Assembly (NCBI GenBank): GCA_050633245.1
Contig: JBOEGD010000034.1
Location: 1 to 42,741 of the forward strand
Origin: Calditrichia bacterium
GTDB taxonomy: Bacteria; Calditrichota; Calditrichia; RBG-13-44-9; J075
Length of the DNA stretch: 42,741 nucleotides
Direction of reading: 5' to 3'
In this document: one piece after another, positions 26,153 to 35,510 of the stretch
Numbering within the stretch: position 1 is the stretch's first letter
Layout: each line of letters begins with the position of its first letter
Notes under the pieces: generated by a model
What the model saw: the letters and a program-made list of their open reading frames with translations, nothing else
Databases searched by the model: none
Told to the model about the DNA's origin: nothing
Program-made: the position numbers and the translations under genes

Positions 26153-28198
26153 ATGGACAATTTCCATAAAACGCTAAATCGCCAGCTAAAGAAACACTTT
26201 GGAAAAGGCAATCCTATTCCAAAAGAGTTGACGTCTTTCCTGGAAGACGTAAGTTCCGTCTATTCGCAACAGGATAAAGATATGCGTTTTATGCAGCACT
26301 CGATGGACATCAGCTCGGAAGAGCTACAAACGACTAATCAGGAAATGGGCGCCATTATGCGCAGTATGCCTGATCTTTTTTTCCGAACGACGTTTGAAGG
26401 CAAAATCCTTGATGTTAAATCTGCTAATATATACGATTTTATAATGCCGGTTCAAGCTTTATTCGGTAAGCAAATCCACAAGATTCCATTCAAGAAAGCA
26501 GCAATAGAAATCGAGAAGGCTCTGCTGGAAGTTCAGCAGAACGGAACCGTTTCAACAGCACTATATTCAATTCCTTTCCCGTCTGGTAAGCGCTACTTTT
26601 CTATTTGCTTCGCCCCTGCCCTCGAAAAACAGTTTATAGCAATTATTAGAAATCGCACCGTGGAAGCAGAGGCAGAAGAGAAACATAAATCTGCATATTC
26701 TCTGCTTCAGGCCATCCACAATGCGACACAGAGCGGTATTCTCGCAGTAGACAGAGATGGCAGAATGATGGGACAAAACAAGCGTTTTCTTGAAATGTGG
26801 AGGCTCGATGAGTCAGACATGGCAGAGGATCGTAAAGGAAGTCCGATCGATAAAATCCTGCCAGATCTTGTAGAACCCGAAAAGTTTGTTAAACGCATTC
26901 AGGAACTATATAATTCTCCTGAAACCGAGTCATTCGATTTAATTGAGTTTAAAGACGGTCGGGTTTTCGAGCGCGTCTCCAGACCGCAGATTCAGGAAGG
27001 CAAAGTTATTGGTCGTGTATGGAGCTTTAATGACGTCACTCGTCTTCGTGCGACAGAACTTGCAGAGCGCGAACAGAAGCTATTTCTTAGAAGTATTTTA
27101 GACGGAACACCCAACCTGATATGCTTAAAAAATCTGGATGGAAGCATTGAACTGATAAACCAAGCCTTTGCAAATATCGTTGGCTTAAGCTTTGAAGAAA
27201 TCGAGGGTAAAAAGTCTGAAGACTTTGAACACATCGTTTTCACACCAAGCTCTGACTCTATCTGCGTAGATGAAGAATTTTGCTTAAAGTCAGGCTCTAT
27301 TCAATTCACCGAAGAAGTTATCACCAACGTAAAGGAAAACACCTCAGCCACCTATCTAACGTCCTATACAATCTTTAAAGGCATCCGTTCGGGCGAGCCC
27401 AAAATATTGTGCGTTTCAACTGATATTACGGCGAGAAAGAGGGCACAGGAAGAGCAGGGGAAATTACTACAACAGCTTGAGGATGTAAACAATGAACTTC
27501 AGCAATTCGCATACTCTGTTTCTCATGATTTAAAGGCTCCACTTCGTGCAATCGATTCCCTTACAAACTGGCTTCTCGCAGACCACTCGGCCAGCCTTAA
27601 CGAGCAGGGGCAAGAACTAATCGAGCTAATCAACGGACGAGTAAAGAGAATGTACGCTCTTATTGAAGGCATTCTCGCTTATTCAAAGCTGGGTCGCGAG
27701 AATGAAGTTAAAGTCCCTGTGAATCTTAATGAAACACTCAGGGATGTGGTAGAGACACTCGCTCCCCCACCCCATATTTCTATCACGGTCTCACCCGATC
27801 TTCCGGTATTGGATGGAGAGAAAATTCGAATATTTCAGCTGTTTCAAAACCTGGTCGGCAATGCAGTTAAATATATGGATAAGCCGAAGGGGAAGATCGT
27901 TGTTGAGGCTCTGGAGAAAGAAGCGCATTGGCAGTTATCGATTAAGGATAATGGTTCCGGGATACCGGAAAAACACTTAAAAAACATTTTTCAGATATTT
28001 CAGACTTTGCAAAAAAGTGACGATATACATAGTACAGGCATTGGTCTGGCACTGGTCAAAAAAACTGTAGAATTAAATGGTGGATCAATTTGGGTTGAGT
28101 CGAAGCTTGGAGAAGGAGCCAACTTTATTTTTACCTGGCCAAAACGCAGCGAAGAAAGTGTACAGAAAGAAACTAGAGCAACAGGACTAGAGGAATGA
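26153..28198 (+). CDS. Cytoplasmic multi-PAS histidine kinase
   Basis: No TM helix, three PAS-like units, SHDLKAPLRAI, QNLVGNAVKY, DNGSGI, STGIGL. Confidence 0.93.
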   Translation: MDNFHKTLNRQLKKHFGKGNPIPKELTSFLEDVSSVYSQQDKDMRFMQHSMDISSEELQTTNQEMGAIMRSMPDLFFRTTFEGKILDVKSANIYDFIMPVQALFGKQIHKIPFKKAAIEIEKALLEVQQNGTVSTALYSIPFPSGKRYFSICFAPALEKQFIAIIRNRTVEAEAEEKHKSAYSLLQAIHNATQSGILAVDRDGRMMGQNKRFLEMWRLDESDMAEDRKGSPIDKILPDLVEPEKFVKRIQELYNSPETESFDLIEFKDGRVFERVSRPQIQEGKVIGRVWSFNDVTRLRATELAEREQKLFLRSILDGTPNLICLKNLDGSIELINQAFANIVGLSFEEIEGKKSEDFEHIVFTPSSDSICVDEEFCLKSGSIQFTEEVITNVKENTSATYLTSYTIFKGIRSGEPKILCVSTDITARKRAQEEQGKLLQQLEDVNNELQQFAYSVSHDLKAPLRAIDSLTNWLLADHSASLNEQGQELIELINGRVKRMYALIEGILAYSKLGRENEVKVPVNLNETLRDVVETLAPPPHISITVSPDLPVLDGEKIRIFQLFQNLVGNAVKYMDKPKGKIVVEALEKEAHWQLSIKDNGSGIPEKHLKNIFQIFQTLQKSDDIHSTGIGLALVKKTVELNGGSIWVESKLGEGANFIFTWPKRSEESVQKETRATGLEE

Positions 28199-28617
28199 TG
28201 ATGGACAACAATAAAACGATTCTACTTGTCGAAGATGACATGGTAGATGCGATGACCGTTCGCAGAGCATTAAAAGAATTGCAGGTATCAAATCCCCTCA
28301 CAGTAAAGGGCAATGGCGAAGAAGCCCTGGATTACTTAAAGGATTCAATAAATGAAAAACCCTGTATCATCCTGTTAGATTTAAATATGCCCCGAATGAA
28401 TGGAATCGATTTTCTTAAAGAAGTTAAATGCGATGACCGCTTGCGATCTATTCCGGTAATCGTGCTTACGACCTCAAAAGCTGATCAGGATGTGGTGACC
28501 ACCTTCAACATGAGCATTGCCGGATACATGGTAAAGCCGGTGGATTACAAGCAATTTGTTGACACCCTTCGAACGATCAGAATTTATTGGACGCTTTGTG
28601 AACTTCCGGTAAATTGA
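28195..28617 (+). CDS. Single-domain response regulator (Rcp1-like)
   Basis: ILLVEDD, LLDLNMPRMNG, IPVIVLTTS and YMVKP...YW motifs; ATGA overlap with the kinase. Confidence 0.95.
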   Translation: MMMDNNKTILLVEDDMVDAMTVRRALKELQVSNPLTVKGNGEEALDYLKDSINEKPCIILLDLNMPRMNGIDFLKEVKCDDRLRSIPVIVLTTSKADQDVVTTFNMSIAGYMVKPVDYKQFVDTLRTIRIYWTLCELPVN

Positions 28618-28624
28618 CAGGTTA

Positions 28625-29416
28625 CTAAATTTGACCACCAAGCCAAATTCCTCCATCTACCGGAATGACAGCACCATTCACATAAGCTCCAGCTTTTGAA
28701 GCAAGATAAAGCGCAACGCCAGCCATATCTTCCGGCGAGCCAATGCGCTTTAATGGACAAGCCTGAGAAATTTCCTTTTCAAACATTTTTAGCAGCTGTT
28801 CAGTCATTTTACTTTCAAATGGTCCCGGAGCAATTGCGTTTACGGTTACTCCGCGCCTTCCTAACGTAACGGCCAAATTTCGCGTCATATGATGAATGGC
28901 CGCCTTACTGGGACCATAAGCATAGTTTGGTGTGCTGGCAACACGGAGGCCATCAATTGATCCGACATTGATTACTCGCGCCGGCTTATCAGTTGTGGCA
29001 CCATTTGTTAACATGGGCAAAAGCTCCTGAGTCAGGAAAAAAGGTGCTTTCACATTTATGTCCATTACTTTATCGTATCCATTTTCAGGATAATCATCAA
29101 ACTTCGAGCCCCATGATGCACCAGCGTTATTCACCAGCACATCGAGCGCTGTTTCCTTCTCCTTTAAGGATTGAATCAGCGCCGCCCTGCCCTCTTTGCT
29201 CGTCATGTCTGCTGCAATGCCAACGCAGGTTCCCTTGACGGATAGTTCTTTCGCGGTTTCCAGACAGGCCTCTTTTTTGCGAGCGGAGATATAAACACGC
29301 ATTCCATTTTCAACATAAGCCTCGGCAATCATCTTGCCGATACCGCGAGATCCACCGGTAATCAGTGCAACCTTATCCTTTACAGAAAACAGTTCTTCTA
29401 TAGAAAAACCAGACAT
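28625..29416 (-). CDS. Short-chain dehydrogenase/reductase (RhlG-like)
   Basis: TGGSRGIG, NNAG, YGPSK catalytic motif, VNAIAPG, VDGG. Confidence 0.93.
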   Translation of the reverse strand: MSGFSIEELFSVKDKVALITGGSRGIGKMIAEAYVENGMRVYISARKKEACLETAKELSVKGTCVGIAADMTSKEGRAALIQSLKEKETALDVLVNNAGASWGSKFDDYPENGYDKVMDINVKAPFFLTQELLPMLTNGATTDKPARVINVGSIDGLRVASTPNYAYGPSKAAIHHMTRNLAVTLGRRGVTVNAIAPGPFESKMTEQLLKMFEKEISQACPLKRIGSPEDMAGVALYLASKAGAYVNGAVIPVDGGIWLGGQI

Positions 29417-29492
29417 AGGTATCTCCTCTTTTCAAATTGTATTCGACGCATTAAAGTCACATCATTTCATATTTATGTTCACAGAATTTGCC

Positions 29493-29948
29493 TTATGCGC
29501 TGTAAACCAATGCAATCATTTCGGCAACACAGGCTGGCTTATTGTTTCCCTCTAATTCAATTGTAACCTCCATTGTAAGTTTAGCCCCACCGGGAATAGC
29601 GTCATAGCCTTGCAGTGCAACGCGGCCACGCACAGCAGAATTAACTGGGACCGGTGCCGTAAATCGAACCTTGTTCAGCCCGTAGTTAACTCCCATGGTC
29701 AAATTCTCGATTTCATAGGTTTGATAGCAAAACGAAGACGCCAAAGAAAGTACCAGGAAGCCATGAGCAATGGTCGATTTAAATGGAGTCTGAGCTGCAC
29801 GCTCTTCCTCCAGGTGAATCCACTGAAAATCGTTTGTCGCTTCGGCAAATTGGTTTATACGCTGTTGATCGATAGTAAGCCATTCGCTGACACCAAACTC
29901 CTCCCCCACTGCGCGCTGCACCTCTGCTACTGACGAGAATTTTCTCAT
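29493..29948 (-). CDS. MaoC-family dehydratase
   Basis: SEWLTIDQQRINQFAEATNDFQWIH, TIAHGFL and NYGLNKVRF motifs; probable ATG at 29948. Confidence 0.92.
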   Translation of the reverse strand: MRKFSSVAEVQRAVGEEFGVSEWLTIDQQRINQFAEATNDFQWIHLEEERAAQTPFKSTIAHGFLVLSLASSFCYQTYEIENLTMGVNYGLNKVRFTAPVPVNSAVRGRVALQGYDAIPGGAKLTMEVTIELEGNNKPACVAEMIALVYSA

Positions 29949-30067
29949 TCCACTATTCCTTCTTCTCTCCGTTATCGAACTCCCAGACTTGGCTTTTGCC
30001 AATATACCCGCCTTCATCCTCTAATCCAAAAGGCCGAGAGAGAATTGCCGATTGCGGAGGTTTTTTT

Positions 30068-30115
30068 TTGACAAATCCTAACACTTTGCTATGTTAAAGT
30101 AACAGCAACTTTAAC
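30068..30115 (+). promoter_or_regulatory. Sigma70-type promoter with overlapping palindrome upstream of the ATP-grasp gene
   Basis: TTGACA (30068-30073), 16 nt, then extended -10 TG-c-TATGTT (30090-30095). Inverted repeat GTTAAAGT-N7-ACTTTAAC at 30093-30115. Confidence 0.6.
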
Positions 30116-30136
30116 CTGATCCAGTAAGGACATACA

Positions 30137-31345
30137 ATGAGCAAATCCACCTATACCATCCTGTGTGTAGCATGTACGTTTAAGGGAATAGACTTTATGC
30201 GTGAATGCAAGAAGCAGGGTGCGCGGGTTTTGCTATTGACTTCGAAAGCGCTGCAACATCACAAGTGGCCGTTCGGTTCAATTGACAAAGACTACTTTAT
30301 CGAAGAAGATGGCGAACTTTGGGATATCAGAAAGACGCTCACCAGCGTTGCCTTTATGTGCAAACACGAAAAGGTTGACCGCATTGTTGCGATGGACGAT
30401 TTTGATCTGGAGAAGGCCGCTGCCCTGCGCGAGCACCTGCGCGTGCCGGGAATGGGCGATACCAGAACTCGCTACTTTCGCGATAAATTGTCGATGCGGA
30501 TGAAGGCAGAGTCTTCCGGAATACCGGTTCCGGAATATCAACATGTGTTAAATCATGATGAGGTGAACACCTACCTAAATGAAGTACCTGGCCCTTGGGT
30601 AATAAAGCCCAGAATGCAGGCGTCTGCTGCCGGGATTCATAAAGTAACAAGCTCTGTGGAAGCATGGGACGTGTTAAACTCACTGGGTGAGGAGCAATCC
30701 TATTATTTGATAGAGCGCTTTGTGCCCGGTCATATTTATCATGTTGATTCAATTGTGGATAATAGCGAGATTATTTTCAGTCGCGTTAGCCGATATATGT
30801 CTCCCCCCATGGAAGTTGTTCAGGGCGGCGGAATATTTCGAACTCATACACTTCCTTACGACTCAGTGGACACCAATGAAATGAGTGTTTTAAACGAGCG
30901 AATTATTCGTTCGTTTGGGTTACGGCGAGGCGTTGCCCACACCGAATTCATTCGGGCACATGAAGACGGCAGAGCATATTTTCTTGAAACATCTGCACGA
31001 GTAGGCGGTGCTCACATTGCCGAAATGGTTGAAGCATCCTGTGGTTTCAGCCTCTGGGAAGAATGGGCTAAGTTGGAATCACTTCCTGAAGGCGAGTCTT
31101 ACACCTTACCCAATCCGGAGAAAAACCATGCTGGTATTATTACAACATTATCGAAGCAGGAATTTCCTGTGCTGGATGCCTTTACAGACAACGAAATCGT
31201 CTGGCGCATGAACAAACGACACCACGCAGGACTCATCGTAAAGTCACCAAACTATGATCGCATCGTTGAACTGTTAGACAGCTATGCCAGCCGTTTTCAA
31301 GACGACTTTCATGCTGCAATTCACGGTCAACCGCCGATTTTGTAG
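30137..31345 (+). CDS. ATP-grasp domain protein
   Basis: FRDKLSMR, PWVIKPR, LIERFVPG, HTEF and FLETSARVGG motifs; SD AAGGA. Confidence 0.88.
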   Translation: MSKSTYTILCVACTFKGIDFMRECKKQGARVLLLTSKALQHHKWPFGSIDKDYFIEEDGELWDIRKTLTSVAFMCKHEKVDRIVAMDDFDLEKAAALREHLRVPGMGDTRTRYFRDKLSMRMKAESSGIPVPEYQHVLNHDEVNTYLNEVPGPWVIKPRMQASAAGIHKVTSSVEAWDVLNSLGEEQSYYLIERFVPGHIYHVDSIVDNSEIIFSRVSRYMSPPMEVVQGGGIFRTHTLPYDSVDTNEMSVLNERIIRSFGLRRGVAHTEFIRAHEDGRAYFLETSARVGGAHIAEMVEASCGFSLWEEWAKLESLPEGESYTLPNPEKNHAGIITTLSKQEFPVLDAFTDNEIVWRMNKRHHAGLIVKSPNYDRIVELLDSYASRFQDDFHAAIHGQPPIL

Positions 31346-31346
31346 C

Positions 31347-32804
31347 TTAACCACCAGCGAGCTGCTTTAGATATTGCGTTAGCAATCCGACGCCGTATCC
31401 GGTTGCAATACGCTCTCCCGAAGCATCACTTTTCAGCACCAAACCTGCCATATCCAGGTGCGCCCAAGACGGATGAGCACCTACAAAGTGCTGCAAAAAT
31501 TTTGCAGCTCCGACAGCTCCGGCCGCAGGGCCACCATAGTTTTTAATGTCTGCCACAGACGATTCCATAGCCTTGGCATACTCTTTCCATAGCGGCATGC
31601 GCCACACTTTTTCCTGCACAGCCTCACCCGCTTCTGATAACGCGGTGGCAAGGTTATCACTGTTGCTGAAAAGTGCGGCCGCTTGTGCACCAAGAGCAAT
31701 AAATGCCGCTCCGGTAAGCGTCGCTAAATCGATAATCGTGTCCGGCTTAAAATTCGTTGTCATATAGGCCAAAGCATCGGCAAGAATCAGGCGCCCCTCA
31801 GCATCTGTATCAATTACCTCAATGGTTTGCCCATTATAGCTGGTAATCACGTCACTCGGGTTCACAGCATTGCCATCTGGTTTGTTATCCGTTGCCGGAA
31901 TGATGGCAACAATGTGCACCTTCAACTTCAAAGTTGCTGCTGCCTCAACGGCACCAAGTACTGCTGCAGCTCCTGCCATATCGCTTTTCAATAAATGCAT
32001 ATTCGTGTTTTTCTTCAGCGATATCCCGCCTGTATCGAACGTTACACCCTTTCCAACCAATCCTACAACCGGAAGCCTGCCCGCGCGCTTTGGCTTATAT
32101 TCCAGCACAATAAAGCGAGGTGGAAGCGCACTGCCCTGGTTCACCGCCAGCAAAGCACCAAGACCCATTTCTGCGATCTCTTTCTTGCCATAGACAATGG
32201 CCTTATAGCCATGTTTTCGAGCCTGTTTTAACGCAGTCTTAGCGATCATTTCCGGTGTTTTATAATTTGAGGGCGCATTTACAAGATCCATTGCCAACAT
32301 ACGAGCCTCACTCACAGCAACGGCATAACTCAATTCCGCTTGTGCTCGCTTTTTTTGTTTTGACACTAAAAAGACTTCCGCTGTTTTCAGCAAAACATCC
32401 GCCGGAGGAGTCTTTCGGTATTTTGCAACGCGATATGTTGACATTTTCAGCTCTTCAAAAACCAGCGCAAGAATGCTGTCTGACACAGCCTCATTGGCTG
32501 GAAGCAATCCATGGATTCGCACACTCCTGTGCTTCCTGCTGAGTGAGGCAAATAGTCCGGACAGTACGCCGCGCATTTGCGCAACACTTTTATCCAGCAT
32601 CGGAACCAAATGCCACGGGTTCCCAATAGTGTCGATAGTTAGGAGAACCTCATTATTGCAATGCTCAAGAGCGACACGTATTTCTTCTGGCAATGCAAGC
32701 AAGGCCTGGTTTTCAATTGCCCATTTGGCAGATGGAAAGAACAGAATACCTGGTATACCTTTTTTAGATATTTTTGGCAGGGCATAATTCAGTTTTATCT
32801 TCAT
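31347..32804 (-). CDS. pepA: Leucyl aminopeptidase (M17)
   Basis: VGKGVTFDTGG, KSDMAG, DTDAEGRLILADAL, DLATLTGA and WAHLDMAG motifs; start at ATG 32804 or 32816. Confidence 0.93.
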   Translation of the reverse strand: MKIKLNYALPKISKKGIPGILFFPSAKWAIENQALLALPEEIRVALEHCNNEVLLTIDTIGNPWHLVPMLDKSVAQMRGVLSGLFASLSRKHRSVRIHGLLPANEAVSDSILALVFEELKMSTYRVAKYRKTPPADVLLKTAEVFLVSKQKKRAQAELSYAVAVSEARMLAMDLVNAPSNYKTPEMIAKTALKQARKHGYKAIVYGKKEIAEMGLGALLAVNQGSALPPRFIVLEYKPKRAGRLPVVGLVGKGVTFDTGGISLKKNTNMHLLKSDMAGAAAVLGAVEAAATLKLKVHIVAIIPATDNKPDGNAVNPSDVITSYNGQTIEVIDTDAEGRLILADALAYMTTNFKPDTIIDLATLTGAAFIALGAQAAALFSNSDNLATALSEAGEAVQEKVWRMPLWKEYAKAMESSVADIKNYGGPAAGAVGAAKFLQHFVGAHPSWAHLDMAGLVLKSDASGERIATGYGVGLLTQYLKQLAGG

Positions 32805-32945
32805 CGTAAGTTCCATTTTTGAGTCTAATTTAAGAGCCGTAAATCGATACGTAAAGCCGGATAAAATATTTTTTAATTTAGTGATCTGTCGGCGGCCCGA
32901 CCTGTGAAAAAGATACACATTATATTGAGCAATTGTACTGCTTCA

Positions 32946-33006
32946 TCATCTAAAAATGCATTTAGATGAGATTTGCGGAGTCACATAAAATGGCATAGCG
33001 GTTGCA
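32946..33006 (+). promoter_or_regulatory. Sigma54-type -24/-12 promoter plus upstream palindrome
   Basis: TGGCATAGCGGTTGCA (32991-33006) fits TGGCAC-N5-TTGCW with correct GG/GC spacing. TCATCTAAA-N6-TTTAGATGA lies at 32946-32969. Confidence 0.65.
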
Positions 33007-33048
33007 ATTGTATCAGAGATATCTGAACACTATATGGAGCCCCCATCT

Positions 33049-35442
33049 ATGAAAAAATTCTACCGGTATTTTCTGAACGCAGCACTCGTATTGATTCTGA
33101 CTTCTCCTGCGGTGATGTCACAGCAGGCAACAACACCGAACCCAATTCTATTTGTTACGCAACTTCCTATTCCTGATGAATGGTTAACCATCTCCCAAAC
33201 GTTTGGTAATCATCTTGGCGGCATGAACAACGTCGGACGTGGCGGAGATCTCTGGATCCGCTACACGGACGGCACTCTGCGCAATTTAACTGAAGTTGCT
33301 GGTTATGGCGTAAGTGGATTTCAAGGCAGCACAAGTATTGCCGTACGTGATCCACAGGTTTTTTGGGATGGCAACAAAGCGGTATTCAGCATGGTTATTG
33401 GTGCACCTGAACAACAGTATCAGTACGACAGTTACTATTGGCAGCTTTATGAGATTACGGGCCTTGGACAAAGTGAAACCCCGGTCATTACTAAAGTTCC
33501 AAACCAACCTGAGCAGTTTAACAACATCAGTCCATCCTATGCCTCGGATGATCGCATTATATTTACCTCAGACCGCCCGCGCAATGGCGCACTGCACCTC
33601 TACCCACAACTTGATGAATACGAATCGGCTCCAACGAATACCGGCATATGGTCTTTGAATCCGATTAGCGGGGAGCTTTTTATCATGAACCACACACCTT
33701 CCGGAGCTTTTCGGCCTTTTGTCGATTCGTATGGACGAGTAATCTATACACGATGGGATCACCTTCAACAGGATCAGCAAAATTACGGCGGCGGAAATGG
33801 TGCATTCAACTGGAGTAGTGAAGCGGTCGGTTCTATCCAGACTGGCTCAAATGAGGAAATCTTCCCGGAAGAACGTCTGGACAACGGCCACATAAACGGT
33901 AATCGCTTTGAGTTGTTTTTTCCCTGGATGATAAATCAAGACGGTACCGAGGAAGAGATCATAAACCATATTGGGCGTCATGAACTGAGTAATTATTTTG
34001 TTCACAGCTTTAATGATGATCCCAACCTGCAGGAATTTCTCGGAAGCGGTTACAACAACAATCGAATCAGCAACATGTTTCAGATTAAGGAACGCCCCGA
34101 TCAGCCCGGAAATTATATTGCAATAGACTCTCCAACGTTTTATCATCACAGCGCCGGAAGGATATTTCAGTTAAACGGGGCGCCGACGGCAAACCCGGAC
34201 TCTATGCTCATCACCTACCTTACGCCCGAAGGCTATATCAATGGGCAGTATCGCAATCCATTACCATTGTCCGATGGCAGCATGCTAAGCTCTTACACCA
34301 GTTTCGACGGTACGGTCAGCAATTTAGGTGATCGCGCTTTTCCAAGATCGCCATTCCGCTTCCGCCTAACAACGCTACAGCAAAACGGTGCCTATCTGGC
34401 ACCCGACCAGCTGCTAACCACTGGGATCTACAAGCCGGTGAACTTTTGGGATCCGGATGTAATGGTCACCTATGTCGACAGTATTCCGATGTGGGAACTG
34501 GATGCCGTCGAGGTAGTTGCGCGTCCGAGGCCAAGTGCCACCTCACCGGAGCTTGAGGCGCCCGAACAGCAAATCTTTAGCGAAGAAAATATTGATATCA
34601 ATCAGCTGAAGGCCTTCATGGAGCAAAATGACCTGGCCTTAATCGTCAGCCGAAATGTTACAACGCGCGATGCCGCCGACAAGCAGCAGCCGTATAACTT
34701 ACGCGTTCCGGGTGGAACAGCAGAAACCATCGGCGCTCCCGGCAAAGTATACGATATATCTTTTATGCAGATGTTTCAGGCTGATCAGGTTAGAGGTTAT
34801 CAGAACTATCCCACTAACGGAAGGCGCACCTTGGCAAAAGCCATGCACGAAGACAATGGTAACAACATAGACTTCCCCGATGCGCCGGATGGTGGTGTGG
34901 CCATTGAAGCAGATGGTTCGGTTGCTGCTTTCGTTCCAGCACGCAGAGCTCTAAGTTGGCAAACCACCGATTCCCTTGGAACGCCGGTTGTTAGAGAACG
35001 TTATTGGGTTACCATGCAGCCGGGCGAGATTCGCGTTTGTGCAGGCTGTCATGGAGCCAATGTGTCTGATCAGGCCGGAAATCCAGCTGTAGAAAATCCC
35101 CCGGAAGCGCTACGCAAGCTAATGCAGCACTATCAGTCACTCGTTGCAATAGATCCGGCAGATCCGGAATATTTGCCACAGAAACCGCAGCTTCACGGCG
35201 GCTATCCAAATCCATTTAATCCCGCAACAACGATTTCCTACACTCTACCTGAGCGAATGAACGTTGAAGTTGCAATTTATAGCGTATTGGGTCAGAAAGT
35301 AGCTGTTCTGGAGAGCGGATCGCAAGCGGCAGGCACAAGAACGATTCGTTGGGATGCCTCGAGCAATGCCAGCGGTGTGTATTTGATTTCCCTGAAGGCC
35401 GCAGGACAGCAGCAAACACGGAAGGTTGTGTTGTTGAAATAA
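33049..35442 (+). CDS. Secreted HzsA-like (hydrazine synthase alpha-like) beta-propeller protein with one CxxCH and a T9SS C-terminal domain
   Basis: Signal peptide from MKKF, RIIFTSDRP, GRVIYTRWDH, DGSVAAFVPARR...WQ...RERYWVTMQPGEIRVCAGCH, and YPNPFNPATTISY tail. Confidence 0.8.
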   Translation: MKKFYRYFLNAALVLILTSPAVMSQQATTPNPILFVTQLPIPDEWLTISQTFGNHLGGMNNVGRGGDLWIRYTDGTLRNLTEVAGYGVSGFQGSTSIAVRDPQVFWDGNKAVFSMVIGAPEQQYQYDSYYWQLYEITGLGQSETPVITKVPNQPEQFNNISPSYASDDRIIFTSDRPRNGALHLYPQLDEYESAPTNTGIWSLNPISGELFIMNHTPSGAFRPFVDSYGRVIYTRWDHLQQDQQNYGGGNGAFNWSSEAVGSIQTGSNEEIFPEERLDNGHINGNRFELFFPWMINQDGTEEEIINHIGRHELSNYFVHSFNDDPNLQEFLGSGYNNNRISNMFQIKERPDQPGNYIAIDSPTFYHHSAGRIFQLNGAPTANPDSMLITYLTPEGYINGQYRNPLPLSDGSMLSSYTSFDGTVSNLGDRAFPRSPFRFRLTTLQQNGAYLAPDQLLTTGIYKPVNFWDPDVMVTYVDSIPMWELDAVEVVARPRPSATSPELEAPEQQIFSEENIDINQLKAFMEQNDLALIVSRNVTTRDAADKQQPYNLRVPGGTAETIGAPGKVYDISFMQMFQADQVRGYQNYPTNGRRTLAKAMHEDNGNNIDFPDAPDGGVAIEADGSVAAFVPARRALSWQTTDSLGTPVVRERYWVTMQPGEIRVCAGCHGANVSDQAGNPAVENPPEALRKLMQHYQSLVAIDPADPEYLPQKPQLHGGYPNPFNPATTISYTLPERMNVEVAIYSVLGQKVAVLESGSQAAGTRTIRWDASSNASGVYLISLKAAGQQQTRKVVLLK

Positions 35443-35446
35443 GCAG

Positions 35447-35487
35447 AAAAAAGCCGGGATCATGGAGAGGTTTCCAGACCCCGGCTT
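35447..35487. terminator. Terminator between convergent genes
   Basis: AAGCCGGG...TGGA-N6-TCCA...CCCGGCTT interrupted stem preceded by an A run (U tract for the minus-strand susCD). Confidence 0.65.
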
Positions 35488-35510
35488 CAAACGGCTATAG
35501 GCAATCGTTA

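Noticed and set aside
17501-28670. Target-site duplication (GGAATGAC) around the sensory cluster
   Set aside because: Only 8 bp, and the right copy lies inside the SDR coding sequence; likely chance.
33049-35442. True anammox hydrazine synthase
   Set aside because: Only one CxxCH, a T9SS-type tail, and no hzsB/hzsC neighbours; the context is not planctomycete-like.
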